32,000 bases of DNA from Candidatus Thalassarchaeaceae archaeon (GCA_045568075.1 JBJLBP010000001.1:870001-902000), one strand, 5' to 3'. Positions 1 through 9,654 are shown, numbered from the stretch's first letter. The notes: generated by a model not told the origin, from the letters alone. Made by a program: numbers and translations.

Positions 1-1445
<1,445 letters not shown>

Positions 1446-1529
1446 TTCTACTTGCCCACACCATATTTTTGTGGGCCTCTGTCCAATAGGCATTTCGATT
1501 CTATCACCAAACACATTCGAAAGAGAGTT

Positions 1530-1650
1530 GTGCACGGCCAAAGCGGAGGGGTAATACCCGGTCCCATATCGAACCCGGAAGTCAAGTCCTCCTGCGTCGT
1601 ATTCTGTACTGTGGTGCGAGAGCCCACGGGAACTTGCGTCGCTGTGCCAC
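1530..1650 (+). rRNA. rrf: 5S rRNA
   Basis: About 121 nt. The 5' GTGCACGGC pairs with the 3' GCTGTGCCAC (helix I). The internal CCCGGTCCCATATCGAACCCGGAAGT resembles the conserved 5S loop B/helix III region. It lies 85 nt downstream of the 23S end on the same strand. Confidence 0.9.
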
Positions 1651-1726
1651 TCTCTTTCACCCTCCCCGCATCAAACTTCATTCACTATTGGCGAAGCCAT
1701 ACCTATTGAGAGACGCAGGTGATTGA

Positions 1727-2392
1727 ATGGGAATATCGACTGGAGACATACTCGGACATGCCCAAGTTGGCGTCTATCTGAGCGTCGTGGGCGATGTTCT
1801 ATTCTATCCAACCTCGCTTGATAAGCCGGCAGTTGACGAGTTGGCTTCTGCCTTTGAAAAAATGGAGATGTATCCTTGTCTTATTGGAGGTTCAGCTCTG
1901 CTCGGATCACTGGTTCGAGGGAATTCCAAAGGGCTCGCAGTCGCTGACATCGCGACTGAATCTGATCTTGATGAATTGAGCAGTTTCGGTGACCTCGTCG
2001 TGCTTGAAAGTGGTGTCAATGCCGCCGGCAATCTCCTGAGTTGCAATGAGCATGGTGCTATTGTCAGCCCAGTCATCCCAGGTCCTGGAGCTGAGATGAT
2101 TGGTGAAGTGCTCAAGGTTGACGCTGTCCGCTCGAAAATTGCTGGCCAGGAGACTGTGGGTTCTCTGACTGTCGCCAACAATCACGGCATCCTCGCCCAT
2201 CCTGATATCTCAGCCGAGGAGGCTGAGAAGGTCGCGGCTGTGATGCAAGTTCCTGTGATGGTCGGTACTGTCTGCTTCGGTTCACCTTACGTCGGTGCTG
2301 GATGTGTCGCAAGCGATTCACACGCACTCGTCGGTTCAGGTTCTACAGGTCCTGAGTTGAACCGCATTGAAGATGCGCTAGGACTCATTTGA
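1727..2392 (+). CDS. eif6: Translation initiation factor 6 (aIF6/eIF6)
   Basis: 221 aa with repeated GS/N..G..V pentein-type segments. The C-terminus GSGSTGPELNRIEDALGLI closely parallels archaeal aIF6 (…TTGPELLIIEDALGL). AGGTGA lies 4 nt upstream of the ATG. Confidence 0.9.
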   Translation: MGISTGDILGHAQVGVYLSVVGDVLFYPTSLDKPAVDELASAFEKMEMYPCLIGGSALLGSLVRGNSKGLAVADIATESDLDELSSFGDLVVLESGVNAAGNLLSCNEHGAIVSPVIPGPGAEMIGEVLKVDAVRSKIAGQETVGSLTVANNHGILAHPDISAEEAEKVAAVMQVPVMVGTVCFGSPYVGAGCVASDSHALVGSGSTGPELNRIEDALGLI

Positions 2393-2399
2393 TTCTTGG

Positions 2400-3659
2400 T
2401 CATACGAATAGGCTTGCATCGAATGGAGCATCCTTGTCGATGCGCTCGGTGACTTCTGGCATTGGATACTTCAGCCCAGTTGCCGTGTTGAATAGGATTA
2501 CGCGGTCATCTTTGGATACGAGGCCTTGCTCAAGTGCCTGCTCCCAGGCTACGAAAGTGGCAGCACCTTCGGGGCAGAGGAGTAAGCCGTCCTCGCGACC
2601 GATACGATCGCGAGCCTCCATCAATTCTTCATCAGAAACAGCAATGGCAAAGCCCTGAGATTCCCGAACAGCGCGTAAAATCAGGAAATCACCAATGGCT
2701 GCAGGAACTCGAATCCCGCTCGCCTCAGTTTCAGCACCCTCCCAATAATCGGCGTGCTCAACTCCTTCCTGCCAAGCCTTGACCATCGGTGCGCACCCTG
2801 TAGATTGTACTGCAACCATTCGTGGTAAAGCGCAATCAATCCAGCCAAGTTCGAGCAACTCATGGAAAGCCTTCCACATTCCTATCAATCCAGTTCCACC
2901 ACCGGTCGGATAGAAAATAACGTCAGGCAATTCCCAACCGAGTTGCTCGGCCAATTCAAGTCCCATCGTTTTCTTCCCCTCGATACGATATGGCTCCTTG
3001 AGAGTCGATACGGCGAACCAACCGAGCTCATCTTTACCATCGCCAATGATCTTCCCGCAATCACCTATCAAGCCGTTCACAAGATAGGTGTCACCACCTT
3101 GTGCCAGAGTCTCAGAGGTGTTGATTTCCGGCGTATTATCTGGGCATAGTACGGTGGTTCGCATACCTGCACGAGCAGCGTATGCTGCTAGCGCTGAACC
3201 AGCATTTCCATTCGTTGGAATCGCTAAGTGATCTAAGCCAAATTCTTTCGCCATCGAAACAGCAAGACACAATCCCCGCGCTTTGAAAGAAGCAGTTGGC
3301 AAGCGCGATTCATCCTTGACGAGCACCTTCCCCGCAGAAATCCCAAGGTGCTCAACACTCCGTTCCAAGGAAACTATCGGAGTGACAACCTCACCCAATG
3401 AAATTCGATTCGCCGCATTACTCACCGGCAATAGCGGCGAATAACGCCAAAATCCAGCTTCATTAGACTCTGCGATCGAATCCCGACTTACCTCATTCCG
3501 CATCCGAGAGAGATCGTATCTGACCAGTAGTGGTTTACCCGCCGATGAGAGGGTGTGGACCTTGCCTTTTTGGAACACTTCGCCGGTGTAAGCACATTCG
3601 AGATGGGTCACGTAATCACTGGACATCGAGGCCCCTCTGAGGAGCAGACTCATGAACAT
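2400..3659 (-). CDS. thrC: Threonine synthase (PLP-dependent)
   Basis: PLP-lysine motif PTASFKARG, plus NGNAGSALAAYAARAG and FYPTGGGTGLIG. The start is uncertain. The 3743 start overlaps the upstream gene by 68 nt, so an internal Met at 3659, 3653 or 3626 (MSSDYVTHLEC...) is more likely. Confidence 0.88.
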   Translation of the reverse strand: MFMSLLLRGASMSSDYVTHLECAYTGEVFQKGKVHTLSSAGKPLLVRYDLSRMRNEVSRDSIAESNEAGFWRYSPLLPVSNAANRISLGEVVTPIVSLERSVEHLGISAGKVLVKDESRLPTASFKARGLCLAVSMAKEFGLDHLAIPTNGNAGSALAAYAARAGMRTTVLCPDNTPEINTSETLAQGGDTYLVNGLIGDCGKIIGDGKDELGWFAVSTLKEPYRIEGKKTMGLELAEQLGWELPDVIFYPTGGGTGLIGMWKAFHELLELGWIDCALPRMVAVQSTGCAPMVKAWQEGVEHADYWEGAETEASGIRVPAAIGDFLILRAVRESQGFAIAVSDEELMEARDRIGREDGLLLCPEGAATFVAWEQALEQGLVSKDDRVILFNTATGLKYPMPEVTERIDKDAPFDASLFV

Positions 3660-3675
3660 GCCGAGCGAATCAAAC

Positions 3676-3909
3676 TCAGATTGCAGTGGGTGCAACGTGG
3701 TCATCCTTTTTGTCATCCTTCGAACGAACACGATTCCATACATTCGTCATCAGTTCGTCGTGATGCTCTGTGCAGTAGTGAAATCGCCGATATGCCTCAC
3801 GAAATGAATAGGCTTTCTTTCCAGTTGCGACGAGAAATCCTTCTGGTGAAAGACGGCTGATTTTCTCTCCTTCGACTTCACATTCTGGGTAGTCGCAGGT
3901 CGCCATCAT
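3676..3909 (-). CDS. Small Cys/His-containing protein, function unknown (possible zinc-binding)
   Basis: 77 aa. GAGGTGAG sits directly before ATGATG at 3909, 13 nt after the biotin-carrier stop, so the two are probably co-transcribed. It carries CDYPEC near the N-terminus and YCTEHH later (C-x4-C ... C-x2-H-H). Confidence 0.6.
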   Translation of the reverse strand: MMATCDYPECEVEGEKISRLSPEGFLVATGKKAYSFREAYRRFHYCTEHHDELMTNVWNRVRSKDDKKDDHVAPTAI

Positions 3910-3922
3910 CTCACCTCAGGAA

Positions 3923-4330
3923 TCAATCAGTTTTGTCTTCTTCGGGTGTTATGACTACAAGAGGCGAATTCGCCTCGACACTATCGCCGGGTTTGCAATT
4001 GACAGCAGCGACCATTCCAGAGAGTGGCGCGTGAATTTCATTTTGCATTTTCATCGCTTCAAGAATCATCACAACATCACCTTCAGAGACTTGCTGCCCC
4101 TCGCTGATTGCGATTGAAACAATCTTACCTGGAATCGTTGATGAAATCGTTCCAGATTTTTTTCCTCGTCCTCCTCGCTTGCGTTTTTTGGCACCTTGCT
4201 CGGCAGCGCCCCCACCTTCGATTTCTATCTGAAATTGTTTACCTTGGACGGTGACGTTCCAGACACCGTCTTCCTTCTCGAGTTCGACCTCGAACTCTTC
4301 CCCGTCGACTTTCACCTTCCGCTTTGGCAT
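3923..4330 (-). CDS. Biotin carboxyl carrier protein (1.3S/MmdC-type biotinyl domain)
   Basis: Biotinyl-lysine motif LEAMKMQNEI. The N-terminal KVKVDGEEFEVELE... segment and a Gly/Lys-rich linker resemble transcarboxylase 1.3S-type carriers. GAGGTGAT precedes the ATG at 4330, and the longer ORF start at 4387 has no such support. Confidence 0.88.
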   Translation of the reverse strand: MPKRKVKVDGEEFEVELEKEDGVWNVTVQGKQFQIEIEGGGAAEQGAKKRKRGGRGKKSGTISSTIPGKIVSIAISEGQQVSEGDVVMILEAMKMQNEIHAPLSGMVAAVNCKPGDSVEANSPLVVITPEEDKTD

Positions 4331-4334
4331 GATA

Positions 4335-4541
4335 TCACCTCGGTGTGCTCCTACGCGTGCGTGCGCGGAACAGGTTTCTGCGGCCAATCAGCGAACGTCG
4401 ATGGTCGCGTGACCAAGCCTCTCCTCCTTCTCTACCCTCAGCCGGAGTCAAGGCTTGCCCTTCCAACTCTTCTAGCAAAACTGCAAGAATTGCCGCTGCG
4501 CGGAGTTTGTCCTTCTTTCGAGCCATCCGGTCAAACCTCAT
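4335..4541 (-). CDS. Small ORF translationally coupled between the carboxyltransferase and the biotin carrier; possible carboxylase small (epsilon/delta-like) subunit
   Basis: 68 aa. Its ATG overlaps the carboxyltransferase stop (ATGA at 4538-4541), and its stop lies 4 nt before the carrier ATG. The sequence has an Ala/Leu-rich helix ([16 protein letters not shown]) followed by an Arg-rich tail. Coding status is inferred from coupling only. Confidence 0.45.
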   Translation of the reverse strand: MRFDRMARKKDKLRAAAILAVLLEELEGQALTPAEGREGGEAWSRDHRRSLIGRRNLFRARTRRSTPR

Positions 4542-6091
4542 AGTGGGATATTGCCGTGTTTACGCGCTGGGCGAATTTCCTCCTTCTCGAGGAGGGCACC
4601 TAGTGCCTTGATCAGCCTCGCTCTGGTTTCACGGGGTTGAATCACATCATCGAGATAGCCCAGAGAGGCTGCTCGATATGGATTCGCGAAGGTTTCTTGG
4701 TAATCGTCAATCAGTCGCTTACGCTCCCCATCGGGGTCGCCTGAGGCACCAATTCTCCTGCGATGGATGATCTGAACGGCACCTTCTGCACCCATTACTG
4801 CCAGTTGGGCGGTTGGCCAGGCGATGTTGTAGTCGCCACGAATGTGTTTACTACTCATCACGTCGTATGCCCCACCGTACGCTTTTCGAGTAATCACAGT
4901 GAGTTTGGGTACGGTGGCTTCGGCGTAAGCGTAGAGCAGTTTTGCTCCGTGACGGATGATTCCTCCCCATTCCTGACTTGCTCCTGGGAGAAAGCCGGGA
5001 ACATCGACGAAAGTCAGTAGTGGTATGTTGAAAGCGTCGCAGAAGCGGACGAATCGGGCTGCCTTCACAGATGCATCAATATCGAGGCAGCCTGCCAGAA
5101 CCTTTGGTTGGTTGGCGACGATACCGATTGTATGACCACCAAGGCGTCCGAAGCCGACCACGATGTTTCCAGCGAAGTCGGCTTGGACCTCAAGGAAGGC
5201 GCCATCATCGAGTGTTGCTTCTATTGCATCGACGATGTCGTAAGGAGTTGTGGAATCATTCGGAATCAGGTCATCAAGAGTCTCGCAATCTCGGTCATGT
5301 GGGTCTGTGGTTGGTTTTGTAGGGGGCTTCTCAAGATTGTTTAGTGGTAGCATATCGACGAGATCTCGAACCAATTCGAGAGCATCGTCGTCATCCTCTG
5401 CGGTGAAATGAGTCACACCTGATCGAGTTGCGTGGGTTGTTGCCCCACCGAGGTCTTCGAAAGTGACTTCTTCATTAGTCACCGTCTTGATAACTTCAGG
5501 CCCGGTGATGAACATATGAGCGGTCTGATCAACCATCACAACAAAGTCGGTTATCGCTGGTGAATAGACCGCTCCACCGGCGCAAGGCCCCATTATCACT
5601 GAAATTTGTGGAATGACTCCGCTTGCACGTACATTGCGAAAGAAGATTTCAGCATAAGATCCCAGACTAGCTACTCCTTCTTGGATTCGGGCTCCGCCAC
5701 TATCGTTGAGACCGATTACCGGTGCTCCGGTCTTCAGCGCCATATCGAGAATCTTGCAGATCTTCAGACCATGCATTTCGCCCAACGAACCGCCGTAAAC
5801 GGTGAAATCTTGGGCGAAGCAGTAAACGGTGCGGCCACCGATAGTTCCGTGGCCACAAACCACACCATCACCGGGAATCACATTGCGGTCCATGTCGAAA
5901 TCTCTACATCGATGTTCGACAAGACCATCCACCTCAACAAAGGAATCCTCATCGAGTAATTGTTCGATTCTTTCGCGCGCGGTCATCTTTCCGCGCGCGT
6001 GCTGAGCAGCGATCCTCTTCTGGCCGCCGCCAGCCTCAGACTGCGCCTTGCGGCGACGCAAGTCATCGATGCGCTCCTTCACACCAGACAT
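4538..6091 (-). CDS. pccB: Acyl-CoA carboxyltransferase (propionyl-CoA carboxylase beta / methylmalonyl-CoA decarboxylase alpha family)
   Basis: 517 aa from [15 protein letters not shown]... Family hallmarks are [49 protein letters not shown] and a GNIPL C-terminus. The 24-aa N-terminal extension of the raw ORF (start 6163) looks non-native. Confidence 0.92.
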   Translation of the reverse strand: MSGVKERIDDLRRRKAQSEAGGGQKRIAAQHARGKMTARERIEQLLDEDSFVEVDGLVEHRCRDFDMDRNVIPGDGVVCGHGTIGGRTVYCFAQDFTVYGGSLGEMHGLKICKILDMALKTGAPVIGLNDSGGARIQEGVASLGSYAEIFFRNVRASGVIPQISVIMGPCAGGAVYSPAITDFVVMVDQTAHMFITGPEVIKTVTNEEVTFEDLGGATTHATRSGVTHFTAEDDDDALELVRDLVDMLPLNNLEKPPTKPTTDPHDRDCETLDDLIPNDSTTPYDIVDAIEATLDDGAFLEVQADFAGNIVVGFGRLGGHTIGIVANQPKVLAGCLDIDASVKAARFVRFCDAFNIPLLTFVDVPGFLPGASQEWGGIIRHGAKLLYAYAEATVPKLTVITRKAYGGAYDVMSSKHIRGDYNIAWPTAQLAVMGAEGAVQIIHRRRIGASGDPDGERKRLIDDYQETFANPYRAASLGYLDDVIQPRETRARLIKALGALLEKEEIRPARKHGNIPL

Positions 6092-6209
6092 GGTATGCTG
6101 TGCAACGCGGCAAAGCCGCCCATGAGCATTCCTCATCAGACACCACTGCGCCGAATGCTGCAATCGGTTGCTTGAAGGCCATCAGAGCAGTGCGTCAATC
6201 GACCGTAGC
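6092..6209. promoter_or_regulatory. Divergent intergenic region between the carboxylase operon (-) and the mutase/MeaB operon (+)
   Basis: This is 118 nt between two divergent start codons, so both promoters should lie here. I could not pick out a convincing TATA/BRE by eye. Confidence 0.35.
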
Positions 6210-6644
6210 ATGCGGATAGTAGTCGCCAAACCCGGACTTGACGGGCATGACAGGGGTGCCAAAGTCATCGCCAGAGCTCTCAGAGACGGGGGTCACGAGG
6301 TGATCTACACAGGATTGCGCCGTACTCCAGCGGAGATTGTGCGTATAGTCATGGATGAGGATGCGGCGGCGGTTGGGCTGTCGTCGCTTTCTGGTGCCCA
6401 TGCGGTTCTGATTCCTCGCGTATGTGAGGGCTTACGAGATGCAGACATGGGTGACGTTGTAGTCTTCGCAGGTGGAATTATTCCCGAACAAGACAGGTCC
6501 TCGTTGTACGAAGACGGGGTCAGAGCGGTGTTCGGACCAGGGACAACAACATCGGAGATTCTCGATTTTTTGGTAACTCTCGAACAGCGAGCCGAAGCAG
6601 GCGAGCCTAGAGGAGTTGGTGAAGAGGCAGGGTGGCATTGGTGA
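6210..6644 (+). CDS. Methylmalonyl-CoA mutase, small B12-binding subunit
   Basis: MRIVVAKPGLDGHDRGAKVIARALRDGG carries the DxHxxG cobalamin-binding motif. GLSSLSGAH and GGIIPEQD...GVRAVFGPGT are also present. A TTG at 6168 is an alternative upstream start. Confidence 0.9.
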   Translation: MRIVVAKPGLDGHDRGAKVIARALRDGGHEVIYTGLRRTPAEIVRIVMDEDAAAVGLSSLSGAHAVLIPRVCEGLRDADMGDVVVFAGGIIPEQDRSSLYEDGVRAVFGPGTTTSEILDFLVTLEQRAEAGEPRGVGEEAGWHW

Positions 6645-7510
6645 GCGATGCCGCAGAACTCCTCGAAAAGGCTCGTTCGGGCGACAGACGTTCACTCTCA
6701 AGGCTACTCAGTCATATCGAGGAAGGTGGCCAATCTCCTGTCGAAGGTGGCTCTGGCACATCACTCGGGATTACTGGGCCACCCGGTGTCGGTAAGTCCT
6801 CACTAATCGGACGGATGATCGATGTTTGGACTGGGAGAGGCGAATCGATTGCTGTGCTTGCAGTTGATCCTTCTTCTCCTCGAAGTGGCGGAGCTCTCCT
6901 TGGAGACCGAATGAGGATGAGTAATGCCGATTCATCAGACCTCGTCTATGTCCGTTCATTGGCAACTCGTAATCACCCGGGAGGTCTGATGGATTGTTTG
7001 ACACCAATGGTCGATGTTCTCGCAGCTTGTGGCTGGCAAAACATCGTCATCGAGACAGTAGGCGCGGGTCAAGCGGAGATTCGAGTAGTTGCCTTTGCTG
7101 ACAGAATTCTACTAGTCGACGGCCCCGATCGCGGCGACATTATCCAAGCGGAGAAGGCTGGAATCATGGAACTCGCCGACCTCATCGCCATCAATAAGTC
7201 CGATCTTCCAGACGCCGAACGGGCTGCAAATGCGGTTAGATCAGCTCTCTCTGTTGGAGCCGATGAGAACACGCCGGAGGTATTGCTAGTTTCAGCTCAT
7301 TCTGGAGATGGCATAGAGGAGATAATCGAGGCTCTCTCACAAACCACGACTACCGAAGGAAGAGAGAGATTACGCGTGCGAGAGCGCCTAATTTCAGCCT
7401 GGGACTCAACACTCCTCACCTCACCAAATATCGAATCCACTCTTGCTGCGCTTGAGACCGGAAGCATGACGCTGTCTCAAGCGGTCGAACAAATCAGGAA
7501 AGGGGTCTGA
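6632..7510 (+). CDS. meaB: MeaB/ArgK-type G3E GTPase (methylmalonyl-CoA mutase chaperone)
   Basis: P-loop GPPGVGKSS, VDPSSPRSGGALLGDRMRM, ETVGAGQ, and the NKSD specificity motif. The start (GTG 6632, or GTG 6641) overlaps the stop of the mutase subunit. Confidence 0.9.
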   Translation: MALVSDAAELLEKARSGDRRSLSRLLSHIEEGGQSPVEGGSGTSLGITGPPGVGKSSLIGRMIDVWTGRGESIAVLAVDPSSPRSGGALLGDRMRMSNADSSDLVYVRSLATRNHPGGLMDCLTPMVDVLAACGWQNIVIETVGAGQAEIRVVAFADRILLVDGPDRGDIIQAEKAGIMELADLIAINKSDLPDAERAANAVRSALSVGADENTPEVLLVSAHSGDGIEEIIEALSQTTTTEGRERLRVRERLISAWDSTLLTSPNIESTLAALETGSMTLSQAVEQIRKGV

Positions 7511-7514
7511 GCCT

Positions 7515-8150
7515 ATGAGTGTCATACCAGTTGACATAGATCATGCAGAACATTCGGTCGGCGGCGCCAGTGGCCACTGGTTCCGACGATTCACACACGT
7601 CGGAATGTGCGTCATCCCCTTCGCTTACCACCTCTGGGGAGAGCCCATCGCCGGAATTGTATCGATGACCCCGAGCGATTTCGTGATAGCTGTTGCAGGA
7701 TTTTTCATCATAATCGAAATCATTCGCATCAAGTTAGGAATCATCATCGTCGGCCAGCGCGAATACGAAGCAAAGCAGGTTAGCGCACTGGCCTGGGGTG
7801 CAGTAGCAGTATGTCTGACTCTGATTCTTGCACCCCAAGAGGGCGAGGGTCTCGAGGCGGGGAAGTACACGATACCCATCATCTGTGGTCTAACATTCGT
7901 CGACCCAATCATGGGCGAGGTCAAGAGAGCCAAGATGGGCATGCGAGCAGCAGTCCTCGTTGGTATGGCAGTCTCCTACACGATTTGGATGGGCAGTGTG
8001 GCACTCTTCTCAACACCATTCCTAGCCGCAGTCCTTCTCGCTCCGCTAACCGTCGCTGGCGAGGTTCCTCGGGTGAGTTGGATTGATGATAATGCCACTA
8101 TGATTCTCTTACCATTGATTGCTCTACTATTGCTGCATCCACTTCTGTGA
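7515..8150 (+). CDS. Integral membrane protein (about 6 TM), function unknown
   Basis: 211 aa with multiple long hydrophobic segments. It starts 4 nt after the meaB stop, so co-transcription is likely. I could not assign a family with confidence. Confidence 0.7.
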   Translation: MSVIPVDIDHAEHSVGGASGHWFRRFTHVGMCVIPFAYHLWGEPIAGIVSMTPSDFVIAVAGFFIIIEIIRIKLGIIIVGQREYEAKQVSALAWGAVAVCLTLILAPQEGEGLEAGKYTIPIICGLTFVDPIMGEVKRAKMGMRAAVLVGMAVSYTIWMGSVALFSTPFLAAVLLAPLTVAGEVPRVSWIDDNATMILLPLIALLLLHPLL

Positions 8151-8228
8151 GAGAGTAAAGCTAGCCTCTCGCACATGTGCCGGTCAGTCACATTTACAAC
8201 CCGATTTCGTCTCGACGGTTTGATACAG

Positions 8229-8348
8229 ATGACTGAGTCAGAGGAAACCGGCGGCATCATCGCCTCTCCAATCTCCCAGAATTTCTACATCTTCATCTGG
8301 ACTCTGGCTTCCGTGGCCTCCTTTGCGATCTTCGTCGTATATTGGTGA
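8229..8348 (+). CDS. Possible 39-aa single-TM micro-protein (below the ORF-track cutoff)
   Basis: Read by hand as ATG...TGA: MTESEETGGIIASPISQNFYIFIWTLASVASFAIFVVYW. The N-terminus is acidic and a ~20-aa hydrophobic helix follows. It lies in an otherwise empty 219-nt gap, and I saw no clear SD. Confidence 0.25.
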   Translation: MTESEETGGIIASPISQNFYIFIWTLASVASFAIFVVYW

Positions 8349-8369
8349 TGCCACCTAATATCACTGCAA

Positions 8370-8897
8370 TCAATTGGTGATGCGTCCAGCATTGTCGAAT
8401 TCGTGACCTTCGTGAAGAAGCAGACGAATCTTTGTCGCCGGGCCACCTTCTCCACTGTAATTCCCGATGACTCGGTCGCTTCGAACGACGCGATGGCACG
8501 GCACGAGGAGGGGCCAGGGGTTCATCGCCATGACCGACCCAACAGCCCGACTCGCTCCGGGATATCCAGCACCTACGGCTAACTCTGCATAGGACACAGT
8601 TTGGCCGAATCCTGCCTCGCGAACAAGACAGCGTAGCACCTGTGTTTGGAAGGAGGTTAGACTGTTTTCATCGAGCTGAGGAAATGGTGCATTTGACCCT
8701 GCGAAGTATTCTAGAGTCCAATTCTTCGCCACATCGAGGTGCTCATTCGAGCTATCACTACTCCGCACCTCGCCCCATCCGATTTTAGACAATCCAGCAT
8801 TGGTAGCTTCGAAGTGAATCGGGCCGATTGGTGTATCCACCCAATCTCGGACCATATTTCTAATCTGGAATTCAGAGCCCTTGACCTTATCGCCCAT
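8370..8897 (-). CDS. ogt: Methylated-DNA--protein-cysteine methyltransferase
   Basis: Active-site motif LVPCHRVV, with the preceding YAELA...GxxxASRAVG helix-turn-helix segment typical of Ogt/MGMT. Confidence 0.9.
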   Translation of the reverse strand: MGDKVKGSEFQIRNMVRDWVDTPIGPIHFEATNAGLSKIGWGEVRSSDSSNEHLDVAKNWTLEYFAGSNAPFPQLDENSLTSFQTQVLRCLVREAGFGQTVSYAELAVGAGYPGASRAVGSVMAMNPWPLLVPCHRVVRSDRVIGNYSGEGGPATKIRLLLHEGHEFDNAGRITN

Positions 8898-8914
8898 TCT
8901 CAGAAAAGCTCAGC

Positions 8915-9229
8915 TTAGGATTCGTCGCTGACTGACGAATTTTCGTCAGTCTCAGCGGATTCATTCCCACCCTGAATCGCTTCCATGCCGACAATTTCGT
9001 AATTCGAAGGGAAAAGAGCAACAGCAACTCCACCCACAATCGCAGCAACCCCGAGGTAGAATTGCTGTTGGACCATTATCAATTCAAGCCCAATCGCTAC
9101 AAGAAGAAGTCCACCAAGATTGGATATCCACACCAAATTCTTGAAGGTTCCAAGAGAAACTCCTGTTGAATTTTCAGTTCGCTTAGGCCCGAATTCCGCG
9201 CCAAATCTAACAGGATCCTCTTTCTCCAT
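8915..9229 (-). CDS. Small membrane protein (2 TM, acidic C-terminal tail), last gene of the Rieske/cyt b operon
   Basis: 104 aa with two hydrophobic helices (LGGLLLVAIGLELIM and LGVAAIVGGVAVALF). It starts 4 nt after the ferredoxin stop. Confidence 0.6.
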   Translation of the reverse strand: MEKEDPVRFGAEFGPKRTENSTGVSLGTFKNLVWISNLGGLLLVAIGLELIMVQQQFYLGVAAIVGGVAVALFPSNYEIVGMEAIQGGNESAETDENSSVSDES

Positions 9230-9233
9230 TTTA

Positions 9234-9641
9234 TCACCTATCGATCATTAATATCGCGTCTGTTGGACAAGCAAGGACGCAGAGTTTGCAACCTGTGCAG
9301 GGGTCGCGCAGCACGCGTGCTTTGCGATTGACGTCGACGTTCATGATGGGACTTGCTAAAGGTGTGTCAAAGAGTTCGATCGCATCGTCATCACAGACTA
9401 TCATACAATGGTCACAACCAATGCATAACTCCTCCTTCACCCACGCTACTGCATCCTCTCCACCCTTCAGTTTAGCTCTCTCTTCTGCACGCATTGCATT
9501 CATCATCATACGAATGCGACGTTGTTCGCTCGCTCGGCGAGCAGCGAGGTCGGGAATCTCAGTCATCCGAATCGATGCTGCCGGCTCTGACTTCTCAAGG
9601 CTGCGGTCGCCGCCAGTCAGATTTTCTGACTCCCCAATCAA
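9234..9641 (-). CDS. 2x[4Fe-4S] ferredoxin-domain protein with a charged N-terminal extension
   Basis: It has CIGCDHCMIVCDDDAI (CxxCxxCxxxC followed by D rather than P) and CTGCKLCVLACPTDAI. About 70 aa of a Glu/Arg-rich segment come before them. The gene starts 13 nt after the fusion gene stop, and the exact start is uncertain. Confidence 0.8.
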   Translation of the reverse strand: MIGESENLTGGDRSLEKSEPAASIRMTEIPDLAARRASEQRRIRMMMNAMRAEERAKLKGGEDAVAWVKEELCIGCDHCMIVCDDDAIELFDTPLASPIMNVDVNRKARVLRDPCTGCKLCVLACPTDAILMIDR

Positions 9642-9654
9642 GGGTTCTAGACTC

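Noticed and set aside
3904-3919. Identical 16-mer CATCATCTCACCTCAG at 3904-3919 and 13315-13330, considered as a possible repeat element
   Set aside because: On the coding (minus) strand it reads CTGAGGTGAGATGATG. That is simply a Shine-Dalgarno site plus an ATGATG start context, used by two unrelated genes. The flanks are not similar.
6092-6163. Longer N-terminal versions of several ORFs (pccB from 6163, biotin carrier from 4387, thrC from 3743, TPR protein from 15302, secreted protein from 15470, mutase subunit from 6168)
   Set aside because: The extensions overlap neighbouring genes or erase the intergenic promoter space. They also lack SD support and family-typical N-termini, whereas internal starts have GAGGTG-type SDs or canonical family N-termini.
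7515-8150. Assignment of the 211-aa membrane protein to the dolichol kinase / CDP-alcohol or cytidylyltransferase families
   Set aside because: There is only a vague resemblance (VDPIMGE, DDNATM). The signature motifs I remember for those families are not present, so it stays a membrane protein of unknown function.
8293-8499. 68-aa minus-strand ORF overlapping the 3' end of ogt
   Set aside because: It is an out-of-frame overlap with a well-supported gene and has an Arg/Ser-rich composition.
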